From an uncultured Solirubrobacterales bacterium (GTDB taxonomy: Bacteria > Actinomycetota > Thermoleophilia > Solirubrobacterales > 70-9): a DNA stretch of 64,000 bases. Positions 18,804-29,242 of the stretch are shown one piece after another. The stretch covers positions 408,429 through 472,428 of the forward strand of contig CAWHXR010000001.1 in NCBI GenBank assembly GCA_963833375.1, read 5' to 3'. The notes below the pieces were generated by a model. The model made no database searches and had not been told where the DNA came from. It was given only the letters and a program-made list of their open reading frames with translations. How positions within the stretch are numbered: position 1 is the first letter of the stretch; the number at the start of each line of letters is the position of its first letter. The position numbers and the translations under genes are program-made.

Positions 18804-19489
18804 CGGCCTTCGACTCTATAGGAGCGGGATTTCGGCCGGCCTCGTCTGGGCGACCTGACTGAACGAGGACTGGGATTGCCGATCCGCCCTCCGGCGTTAG
18901 ACGTCGCCGGGGGGCTCGGCATCTGGATTCGCGCCATCGCGCGGATCAGGAAGTAGAAGAGCGTGCCCGAGCCCAGCAGCAGCAGGGTCGTACCGATCGC
19001 CTGCAGGACGGAGTTGACCACCACCAGGCCGAAGGCGCTGGCGAGCATCATCAGCAGGAGCACGGTCTGAAAGCCGAGGACGGCCCAGTAGCGGGCCCGC
19101 CACATGCCGATCGCCATGGCCCAGAGGACGACGGCGAACAGGAAGAGCGGCGCCGGCCTGGTGGTTGCATCCCCCGCGCCGACCCCCGCCAGCGACAGCA
19201 CGCCCTGGACGCTGATCGCGATCGCCAGCAGCGTCGAGACGACCGCCCCGACCGTGACCGCCCGGGGGCGCTCGCCCCGCCCGAGCGGCTCGAGCTTCGC
19301 GCGGGCCTCGGCATTGCGCTCCTCGTAGCGGCGGGCCATCCTCTCCTGGAAGGTCTCCTGCCGCGGTGCATCGCCGTTGGTGTCCCCGGGCGCGGCCGCC
19401 TGCTGGGCGGCGGGTGAGGGCACCGTCTCTGCCGGGCGGCGCTTGCGCTTCTGGCGCTCAGCGCGCTTCCGGTCCCTGGCGGCCGCCAC
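18785..19489 (-). CDS. four-helix membrane protein with basic N- and C-terminal tails, translationally coupled to thiE
   Basis: GTG at 19489 shares 1 nt with the thiE TAG (TAGTG). An alternative ATG lies at 19339. Four hydrophobic helices. The last 45 aa or so run through the region upstream of lpd and overlap the lpd start by 19 nt, so the C-terminus is doubtful. Confidence 0.5.
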   Translation of the reverse strand: MAAARDRKRAERQKRKRRPAETVPSPAAQQAAAPGDTNGDAPRQETFQERMARRYEERNAEARAKLEPLGRGERPRAVTVGAVVSTLLAIAISVQGVLSLAGVGAGDATTRPAPLFLFAVVLWAMAIGMWRARYWAVLGFQTVLLLMMLASAFGLVVVNSVLQAIGTTLLLLGSGTLFYFLIRAMARIQMPSPPATSNAGGRIGNPSPRSVRSPRRGRPKSRSYRVEGRWPSTT

Positions 19490-20226
19490 TAGCCCTCTCC
19501 TTCGGCCCGCGCGGCGGGGTCGACCGCTCCGAAGAGCTCCGTGGCGGCGGAACGCGGGTCCTCGGCGTCCCGGATCGCCCGGACCACGCAGATCCGCGCG
19601 GCGCCCGCCGAGACCACCTCCGCCACGTTGCCGCCGTCGATCCCTCCGATCGCGAACCAGGGCGGCCCGGCGACCTCGGCGGCCTCGCGGATCAGCTCGA
19701 GCCCGGTCGCAGGCCGCCCCGCCTTGGTGGGCGTCTCCCAGATCGGACCGACGCTGATGTAGTCGACCGGAGCGCCGGCGGCAGCCTCGATCTGCTCGCG
19801 GCTGTGCGTGGAGAGGCCGATGATCGCGTCCGGCCCCATGATCCGGCGGGCCTCGGCGGGGTCCATGTCGCCTTGTCCGAGGTGGACGCCGTCGGCGCGC
19901 AGCTCGAGGGCGAGGTGGGGATCGTCGTTGACGATGAAGAGCGCGCTGTAGGTGTTGGCGAGGCGGCGGAAGGTGTGGCCCGAGCGCTCGATCACATTTC
20001 GGGGATGCTCGCGGTCGCGGAGCTCGATCATCCCGGCCCCGGCGCCCATCGCGGCGTTCAGAAGCGCCTCGGGGTCCCGGCCGTGTGGCCGCGCGTCGCA
20101 GACGAAGTAGAGCCGAGCCCATCGCAGCCGCTGGCGGCGCAGCTCGCCGATGGCCTCGGGCGGTGTGAGATGAGTCGTGCCGGGCGCGGCGTCGGTCACT
20201 TCACGCGCAGCGTAGATCACCGTCAT
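19489..20226 (-). CDS. thiE: thiamine-phosphate synthase
   Basis: C-terminal 245 aa of ORF 19489-21636, starting at MTVIYAAREV. Motifs LYFVCD, IVNDD, GVHLGQGD and ISVGPIWETPTK. Confidence 0.85.
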   Translation of the reverse strand: MTVIYAAREVTDAAPGTTHLTPPEAIGELRRQRLRWARLYFVCDARPHGRDPEALLNAAMGAGAGMIELRDREHPRNVIERSGHTFRRLANTYSALFIVNDDPHLALELRADGVHLGQGDMDPAEARRIMGPDAIIGLSTHSREQIEAAAGAPVDYISVGPIWETPTKAGRPATGLELIREAAEVAGPPWFAIGGIDGGNVAEVVSAGAARICVVRAIRDAEDPRSAATELFGAVDPAARAEGEG

Positions 20227-20284
20227 CGGACGGGTGGCTGCTCGGCTGCGGGAGCCCCCTCGCATCACAGCTACGATGGTCATG

Positions 20285-20373
20285 CAACGGGAGCCCACCA
20301 AGGGCTGAGAGGGCGGCTGGAGCGCCGCCGACCGTCTGAACCTGATCCGGGTAATGCCGGCGCAGGGAGGTTG
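20285..20373 (+). promoter_or_regulatory. TPP (THI-box) riboswitch upstream of thiO
   Basis: CAAC-GGGAGCC...GGCTGAGAGG...GACCGTCTGAACCTGATCCGGGTAATGCCGGCGCAGGGAG-GTTG matches the conserved THI element core (CTGAGA, ACC..TGAACCTGATC.GG.TAAT.CC.GCG.AGGGA). P1 pairs CAAC with GTTG. Lies 30 nt before the thiO ATG. Confidence 0.85.
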
Positions 20374-20403
20374 GAGCGCAGCGGCCGCCGGAAAGAGCGG
20401 CGG

Positions 20404-23128
<2,725 letters not shown>

Positions 23129-23138
23129 CGGGTTCTCG

Positions 23139-23783
23139 TCAGGAGAGGCGCTCGCGTGCTCTGCCCAGGTCGCCGACCAGCAGGGCCATCGCGTCGTCCC
23201 GGTCCGAGGGGTCAGCCCGGAGGATGGCGGAAGGATGAAGCGTCGGCATCGCGGTCCGGCCCAGCCGCGACTCCAGGAACTCGCCGTGGTCCTTCATCAC
23301 GCGGGCCTTCGAGCCGATCACGGCCTTCACAGCCGTCGCGCCGAGGCAGACCATCACCTCCGGATCGACGAGGGCGAGCTCGGCCTCGAGCCAGGGCGCG
23401 CATGCCGTGATCTCCTCTGCGCGCGGGGCCTGGTGGATGCGCCGCTTGCCCTTCGGCTTCCACTTGAAGTGCTTGACGACGTTGGTGACGTAGGCGTCGC
23501 CTCGCTCGATGCCGGCCTCCTCCAGCGCCTTGTCCAGGATCCGCCCGGCGGGCCCGACGAACGGATGGCCCTCGATGTCCTCGCGGTCGCCGGGCTGCTC
23601 GCCGATCAGCATCAGCCTGGCCCGCTTGAGGCCCTCCCCGAAGACGGTCTGGGTCCCGGTCTTCCAGAGCGGGCAGGCCCGGCAGCCCGCGGCGGCCTCG
23701 CGAAGGGACTCGAGTGTGGGGCTCTCGGGGATCAGCGCCTCGGCGCCGCTGGTCTCTCCGTCGGTGAGGGGAAGCTGGCTCAC
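23139..23783 (-). CDS. udgX: family-4-like uracil-DNA glycosylase of the UdgX type
   Basis: CRACPLW Fe-S region, motif A LIGEQPGDRED, FVGPAG, and the UdgX-specific insertion VKHFKWKPKGKRRIHQAP containing the KRRIH loop. C-terminal HPS motif. Confidence 0.85.
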   Translation of the reverse strand: MSQLPLTDGETSGAEALIPESPTLESLREAAAGCRACPLWKTGTQTVFGEGLKRARLMLIGEQPGDREDIEGHPFVGPAGRILDKALEEAGIERGDAYVTNVVKHFKWKPKGKRRIHQAPRAEEITACAPWLEAELALVDPEVMVCLGATAVKAVIGSKARVMKDHGEFLESRLGRTAMPTLHPSAILRADPSDRDDAMALLVGDLGRARERLS

Positions 23784-23834
23784 GGGATCGTCCTACCCGT
23801 CGTTCAATCGACGCATTCGCAACCGAAGGATATG

Positions 23835-23848
23835 CGAACATCTGTTCG
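23835..23848. promoter_or_regulatory. LexA operator (SOS box, GAAC-N4-GTTC type)
   Basis: CGAACATCTGTTCG is a perfect palindrome. With its flanks, GCGAACatctGTTCGA matches TCGAAC-N4-GTTCGA at 11 of 12 positions. It lies in the 65-nt divergent region between udgX and the radical SAM gene and ends 1 nt before that gene's ATG. Confidence 0.7.
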
Positions 23849-25912
23849 ATGCGCTGGGACGCACAGAGGGTGGAGAGAGAGAAGGGAAGGAGCCTGCCCG
23901 GCCTGTCGGTCGAGCGGGTCCGCACCTTCGACGCGCCGGAGGCCCTCGGGATCAACTTCCACGAGGTCAGGGCCAAGTCGGCGCTCAACAAGGTTCCCGG
24001 CAACTACCTCCCGTTCAAGTGGACGGTCAACGCTTTCAGAGGGTGTGCCCATGCATGCACCTACTGCCTGGGGGGCGAGACCCCGATCATGCTCGCGGAC
24101 GGACGCGTCAGGCCCATCTCCGATCTGAAGGTGGGAGACCGCATATATGGCACTACGAAGGGCCCGACCTACCGCCACTACGCCATCACCGAGGTGCTTG
24201 CCCACTGGGAGACGTTCACGGAGGCTTACCGCCTCACGCTCGAGGACGGGACTGAGCTGATCGCCAGTGACGATCACCGCTTCCTGAGCCGGCGGGGGAA
24301 TTGGAAGCACGTCATCGGAGCCCAGTGTGGCCCGCTGCAGCGCCCATATCTGACGCTCAACGACGAGCTGATGGGCGTCGGGCAGTTCGCCCATGGTCCG
24401 GATACCGATTCCCCTATGTATCGAAGGGGGTATCTCTGCGGATTGATTCGAGGCGACGGAAATCTCCGCATCTACGAGGACAGGCGGCCCCACCGCACGG
24501 GCCAAAAGCTCCACCGATTCCGGCTCGCGCTCGCCGACTTCGAGGCTTTGCGCAGGGCACAGGAGTACCTCCGCGACTTCGACGTGGAAGCGGGCGAATA
24601 CGCCTTCTCGGCCGCCTCGGGCAACCGACGCGAGATCCGCGCGATCCGAAATCAGACGAGGGCGGGTGTCGAGACGATCCGTGAGGCGATCGCATGGCCG
24701 TGCGGATATTCGGAGCTATGGGCCAAGGGGTTCCTCGCCGGGATCTTCGACGCAGAGGGCTGTTACGCGCAGGGGGTATTCCGAATCGCCAACTGCGACC
24801 AGCAGATCATCGACTGGACCGCGTGGTCCCTCCGCCTGCTCGATTTCGATCATGCAATCGAGCGGAGCGGTCGACCCAACGGGATGACAAACGTCCGAAT
24901 CCGGGGCGGTCTCCGAGAGGTGCTGCGCTTCTTCCACCTCACCGAGCCTGCGATCACGCGGAAGCGATCGATCGCGGGCACCGCATTGAAGTCCGACTCG
25001 AAGCTCCGTGTTGCCTCGATCGAGCCGCTCGGTGAGCGCCAGCTCTTCGACATCACGACCGGAAGCGGTGACTTCATCGCCAACGGTGTGGTCAGCCACA
25101 ACTGCTTCGCCCGCAACACCCACACCTACCTCGACCTCGACGCCGGCCGCGATTTCGAGCGCGAGATCGTCGTCAAGGTCAACGTGCCCGAGCTGCTCCG
25201 GGCGGAGCTGGGCAGGCCGAGCTGGAAGCGCGAGCTGGTCGCCTTCGGGACGAACACCGATCCGTACCAGTGGGCCGAGGGCCGCTACGAGCTCATGCCG
25301 CCGATGCTCGAGGCGCTCCGGGATGCGGAGACGCCGGTCTCCGTCCTGACCAAGTCGTCGCTCGTCCTCCGCGATCTCGATCTCTTTCTGGAGCTGGCGC
25401 AGGTCGCCGACGTCAGCGCCAACTTCTCGGTGCCGACCCTGGACGAGAAGGTCTGGCGCGAGACCGAGCCGCACACCCCGCACCCGCGCAAGCGGCTGGA
25501 GGCGGTGGCGGCCTTCAACGAGGCGGGGATCCCGTCCGGGGTGCTGGTGGCCCCCCTGATGCCCGGGATCAACGACGCCCCGGAGCTGGTCGAGGAGATC
25601 GTCTCGATCGCCGAGGGTGCGGGGGCGACCTTCGTCAACGGCATCGCGCTCCACCTGAGGCCCGGGGTGAAGGAGGTCTTCATGTCCTGGCTCTCGGCCG
25701 CGCGGCCGGACCTGGTGCCGCGCTACGAGGAGCTCTACCAGGATCGCGCCTACGCCCCCAACGCGGAGCGCAAGCGGATCGGGAGCCTGGTCCGGGCACC
25801 GAACCGCTCGCGGGATCCGCGCTACAGCCGCCGCGACGAGCTCGAGAGGCGGCGGCGCCGGCGCGCGAGCGAGGCCCGGGAGCCCGGGGCCGCGCAGACG
25901 AGGCTCTTCTAG
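23849..25912 (+). CDS. Rv2578c/SplB-like radical SAM protein (DNA repair photolyase-like), intein-containing precursor
   Basis: N-extein MRWDAQ...LPFKWTVNAFRGCAHACTY, a 346-aa intein, then C-extein CFARNTHTYLDLD... Joining the exteins restores CAHACTYC (CX3CX2C). The extein is about 340 aa. Confidence 0.85.
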   Translation: MRWDAQRVEREKGRSLPGLSVERVRTFDAPEALGINFHEVRAKSALNKVPGNYLPFKWTVNAFRGCAHACTYCLGGETPIMLADGRVRPISDLKVGDRIYGTTKGPTYRHYAITEVLAHWETFTEAYRLTLEDGTELIASDDHRFLSRRGNWKHVIGAQCGPLQRPYLTLNDELMGVGQFAHGPDTDSPMYRRGYLCGLIRGDGNLRIYEDRRPHRTGQKLHRFRLALADFEALRRAQEYLRDFDVEAGEYAFSAASGNRREIRAIRNQTRAGVETIREAIAWPCGYSELWAKGFLAGIFDAEGCYAQGVFRIANCDQQIIDWTAWSLRLLDFDHAIERSGRPNGMTNVRIRGGLREVLRFFHLTEPAITRKRSIAGTALKSDSKLRVASIEPLGERQLFDITTGSGDFIANGVVSHNCFARNTHTYLDLDAGRDFEREIVVKVNVPELLRAELGRPSWKRELVAFGTNTDPYQWAEGRYELMPPMLEALRDAETPVSVLTKSSLVLRDLDLFLELAQVADVSANFSVPTLDEKVWRETEPHTPHPRKRLEAVAAFNEAGIPSGVLVAPLMPGINDAPELVEEIVSIAEGAGATFVNGIALHLRPGVKEVFMSWLSAARPDLVPRYEELYQDRAYAPNAERKRIGSLVRAPNRSRDPRYSRRDELERRRRRRASEAREPGAAQTRLF
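24065..25102 (+). mobile_element. intein with LAGLIDADG homing-endonuclease domain
   Basis: Begins CLGGETPIMLADG (block A). Block B is ASDDHRF. Two dodecapeptide motifs, YLCGLIRGDGN and FLAGIFDAEGC. Block F/G is FDITTGSGDFIANGVVSHN, followed by a +1 Cys. Confidence 0.85.
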
Positions 25913-25983
25913 CCGGTCGCCTGACGATTCGGTGGCCGCGTGCCGGGTAACCGGCCGGTGAAGAGGATCGAAAGGAGGTTGCG

Positions 25984-26325
25984 ATGCCACCGAGAGGCGT
26001 GAGGAAGGGCACGAAGTGGGCCCGGATGTACGAGCACGTCAAGGAGAGCGAGAGGCGCGAGGGCCGCCCGAAGAGCAAGGCGGAGGAGATCGCGGCCCGC
26101 ACCGTGAACAAGGAGCGGGCCAGGGCGGGCGAGTCCGACGAGGCCTCGAGCTCCTCGCTGCGGGACATCTCGTCGTTCCGTCGCGGCGGACTGCGCTCCG
26201 GCCGCGGCGCGGGCGGGCGAACGTACGCGCAGCTCTACGAGGAGGCCAAGGACCTTGGCATCAAGGGCCGCTCGAAGATGAACAAGCGCCAGCTCGTCGG
26301 AGCCGTGGAGGGGAGGAAGCGCTGA
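25984..26325 (+). CDS. small basic protein with C-terminal Rho_N/SAP-like helix-hairpin domain
   Basis: AAGGAGG lies 5 nt before the ATG. The C-terminus TYAQLYEEAKDLGIKGRSKMNKRQLVGAV resembles the Rho termination factor N-terminal (SAP-like) motif. Confidence 0.65.
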   Translation: MPPRGVRKGTKWARMYEHVKESERREGRPKSKAEEIAARTVNKERARAGESDEASSSSLRDISSFRRGGLRSGRGAGGRTYAQLYEEAKDLGIKGRSKMNKRQLVGAVEGRKR

Positions 26326-26414
26326 TGGCCACCCAGAGCCAGCGGCGCGCCGCGAGGCGAACGCGGTACGCAAGGGCGATCCCCCGGCGCGGCGGCACGG
26401 CCGACTAGCGGGGG

Positions 26415-27089
26415 TCAGCCCTCGATGCCGGTGGCGTCGTGGGGCGCCCCGACAGGCTTGGACTGCGAAGAGCCCCGCTGGCGGAGGAAGGCGGTGATGG
26501 CCACGAACGAGCCGACCGCGAGGAACTCCGACTGCCAGTTCTGCAGCGTCGCCTCCCAGAAGTCCGCCGATCCGACATAGCCGAGCCAGGACACCACCTT
26601 CTCGTGGTGGTCGACCTGCACCGCGTTGTACTTCGTCCAGCCTGTGACCGATTGAGCGAACCAGGAGCCGAAGAAGATGATCGACATCACGATCAGCAAT
26701 GAGTTGGAGTAGACGAAGGTCTTGATGCCGCGAGGTTTCGCCCAGTCGGGCGAGTCCTCGTGGGCGTGCTCCCCCACCTTCTGCTCCTCGTCCGACTCGA
26801 GCCCCTCCTTGCCGGGCTCCTTCGACTCCGGGGATCCGCGCTCGATCAACCAGATCGTGGCGAGCATGAAGAGCATGAACTGCAGGTACTCCGACTGCCA
26901 GTTCTCCATCACCGCATTGCCGAAGTCCGAGGAGACGATGTAACGCGAGAAGGTCATGGTGGTCCCGTGATGGGCCATCGCATCCTCGTTGTGGAGGATG
27001 TGTCCGGCGATCGCCTGGCCGACCAGCGCCGCGAGGAAGATCACCAGGAAGAAGAGGGAGAGGGAGTGATCGCGGATGAAGCGGCGCAT
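26415..27089 (-). CDS. DUF6766-like membrane protein with internal duplication
   Basis: Starts at MRRFIRDHSLSLFFLVIFLAALVGQ (ATG 27089) inside the longer ORF. Two repeats each end NWQSE(Y/F)L...RGS(P/S)(E/Q)SK. Family assignment is from memory of the pattern. Confidence 0.6.
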   Translation of the reverse strand: MRRFIRDHSLSLFFLVIFLAALVGQAIAGHILHNEDAMAHHGTTMTFSRYIVSSDFGNAVMENWQSEYLQFMLFMLATIWLIERGSPESKEPGKEGLESDEEQKVGEHAHEDSPDWAKPRGIKTFVYSNSLLIVMSIIFFGSWFAQSVTGWTKYNAVQVDHHEKVVSWLGYVGSADFWEATLQNWQSEFLAVGSFVAITAFLRQRGSSQSKPVGAPHDATGIEG

Positions 27090-27097
27090 CCGCGGCC

Positions 27098-27181
27098 TCA
27101 GTTGTGGGCCAGGCCGATCACGGAGTAGAAGACCAGCCCGGTCGCGATCACGGTGAGCCAGATGACGAGCATCGCCTTCAT
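27098..27181 (-). CDS. 27-aa hydrophobic peptide (not in the ORF track)
   Basis: ATG AAG GCG ATG CTC ... CAC AAC TGA encodes MKAMLVIWLTVIATGLVFYSVIGLAHN. Every third position is G or C, whereas the overlapping long-ORF frame has poor GC3. GAAGGA lies upstream. The stop is 8 nt before the DUF6766-like start. Confidence 0.5.
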   Translation of the reverse strand: MKAMLVIWLTVIATGLVFYSVIGLAHN

Positions 27182-27352
27182 GCGGAGATGTCCTTCCCCG
27201 ATGCGGCTTCGCTAATCGGATCCACGCTGCGAAGGCCTTCTTTCCCATCGGCTTGCTGGGCATTTCCCCCGATCGGATAGGAAATGAGGAGCTTCTTGAT
27301 CCAAAAAGTCGAGAACTCTGGTACCGTGGCCGACTTCTTATCAACGAAACCA

Positions 27353-28393
27353 ATGAAGAAAGGTCACAAAGCCTCTATGACTCAGGCAAAGAAGAAGCGC
27401 CAGCCGGGGCGCCTCCTCGCACGCCCTGGAATTGCCGCGGTCGCTCTCGGAGCGGTCCTCGGCATCGCCGCGTGCGGCTCGAGCGGGAGCTCCCTCAACT
27501 TGGTGGCGTACTCGACTCCACAGCAGGTCTACGAGCAGAGCCTCGAGCCCGGGTTCAAGAACACATCGGACGGCAAGAACGTCGACTTCTCCAACTCCTT
27601 TGGAGCGTCGGGCGATCAGAGCCGCGCCGTCGAGTCCGGTCAGCCGGCCGACGTCGTCGAGTTCTCGCTCGAGCCCGACATGCAGCGTCTGGTCGACGCC
27701 GGCATCGTCTCCTCGGACTGGAACCAGAACCAGTACAAGGGCATCGTCACCGACTCGGTCGTGACTCTGATGGTCCGGCCGGGCAACCCGAAGCACATCA
27801 CCAGCTTCGACGACCTCGCCCGGTCCGACGTGGAGGTGATCGATCCGAACCCGGCCACCTCCGGCGGAGCCCGCTGGAACATCATGGCCATCTACGGGTC
27901 GCAGATCGCGGAGGGCAAGTCCCCCGCTCAGGCCCAGGCCTTCGTCAAGCAGGTCCTGGCCAACACCTCCGTTCAGGATTCGAGCGCCCGTGACTCGCTG
28001 AATACGTTCTCCAGCGGCAAGGGCGACGTGCTGGTCGGATACGAGAACGATGCAATCCAGGCGAAGAAGGACGGCGTCGAGCTCGAGTACGTCACACCGT
28101 CCAGCACGATCCTGATCGAGAACCCGATCGCCGTCACCAAGGACGCACCGGCGGAGGCCCAGAAGTTCGTGAGCTTCCTGTACACGGACCAGGGCCAGCA
28201 GGACTTCGCCGACGCGGGCTACCGCCCAGTCGTCAAATCCGTCGCCGACAAGAACGCGAGCAAGTTCCCGGTTCCGGCGGGTCTGTTCACGATCGACAAG
28301 TTCGGTGGGTGGAGCAAGGTCGCCGATCCGTTCTTCGGCGACAACGGCTGGGTGATCCAGGCCGAGAAGGACCTCGGGAACCCGACGAGCTAG
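27353..28393 (+). CDS. cysP: sulfate/thiosulfate ABC transporter substrate-binding lipoprotein
   Basis: Lipobox LGIAAC. Sulfate-binding family segments SFGASGDQSRAV and PNPATSGGARWN. Candidate starts are ATG 27353 and ATG 27380. Confidence 0.85.
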   Translation: MKKGHKASMTQAKKKRQPGRLLARPGIAAVALGAVLGIAACGSSGSSLNLVAYSTPQQVYEQSLEPGFKNTSDGKNVDFSNSFGASGDQSRAVESGQPADVVEFSLEPDMQRLVDAGIVSSDWNQNQYKGIVTDSVVTLMVRPGNPKHITSFDDLARSDVEVIDPNPATSGGARWNIMAIYGSQIAEGKSPAQAQAFVKQVLANTSVQDSSARDSLNTFSSGKGDVLVGYENDAIQAKKDGVELEYVTPSSTILIENPIAVTKDAPAEAQKFVSFLYTDQGQQDFADAGYRPVVKSVADKNASKFPVPAGLFTIDKFGGWSKVADPFFGDNGWVIQAEKDLGNPTS

Positions 28394-28402
28394 AGGAACC
28401 GA

Positions 28403-29242
28403 GTGGCATCCGCCGATACAGCTGTCGCCAGACCGCCGAGGGTGGGCCTGCGGGCCCCCCTCGGCGGGGCTGCTCTCGCTCGCGGGGCGGCGACGTTGTG
28501 GATCAGCGTCATCGTGCTGATCCCGCTCGCGGCGGTGCTCAGCCGCGGCTTCTCCGATGGCCTCGGCCATTTCTGGTCGGCGATCAGCGACCCGGAGGCC
28601 GTCGCCGCAATCAAGCTGACGCTGATCTCCTCCCTGATCGTGGTGGCGATCAACGCGGTGATGGGGACCCTGATCGCCTGGGTCCTGGTCCGCGACGATT
28701 TCCGTGGAAAGCGGCTGGTCAACTCGATCATCGACCTGCCCTTCGCTTTGCCGACGATCGTCGCGGGCCTCACGCTCATAGCCCTGTACGGGGCGAACTC
28801 TCCGATCGGCGTGCACATCGCGTACACGCAGGCGGCGGTCGTCTTCGCCCTCCTCTTCGTCACCTTGCCCTTCGTGGTCCGGGCGGTCCAGCCGGTCCTG
28901 ATGGAACTGGACCAGGAGATGGAAGAGGCTGCCGCCTCCCTCGGCGCCTCCAACCACCGGATCTTCCGGAGCATCATCCTGCCGAACCTGACGCCGGCGC
29001 TCGTCGCCGGTGCAGCGCTGGCGTTCGCCCGCGCGATCGGCGAGTTCGGCTCTCTCGTGCTCCTCACCGGGAACATCCCCTTCAAGACGCAGGTCGCCTC
29101 CGTCTACATCTACGGCCGCATCGAGACCAGCGACCCGTCCGGCGCGGCTGCGGTCTCGATTCTGCTGCTCGCGATCGCGGTCGGTCTGCTGTTCGCGCTC
29201 AACCTGTTCGCCACCTGGAGGTCGAGGCATGAGCGCGCCTAG
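28403..29242 (+). CDS. cysT: sulfate ABC transporter permease
   Basis: Multi-pass permease with the EAA-like loop EEAAASLGAS. Lies next to cysP and cysW. Confidence 0.85.
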   Translation: MASADTAVARPPRVGLRAPLGGAALARGAATLWISVIVLIPLAAVLSRGFSDGLGHFWSAISDPEAVAAIKLTLISSLIVVAINAVMGTLIAWVLVRDDFRGKRLVNSIIDLPFALPTIVAGLTLIALYGANSPIGVHIAYTQAAVVFALLFVTLPFVVRAVQPVLMELDQEMEEAAASLGASNHRIFRSIILPNLTPALVAGAALAFARAIGEFGSLVLLTGNIPFKTQVASVYIYGRIETSDPSGAAAVSILLLAIAVGLLFALNLFATWRSRHERA

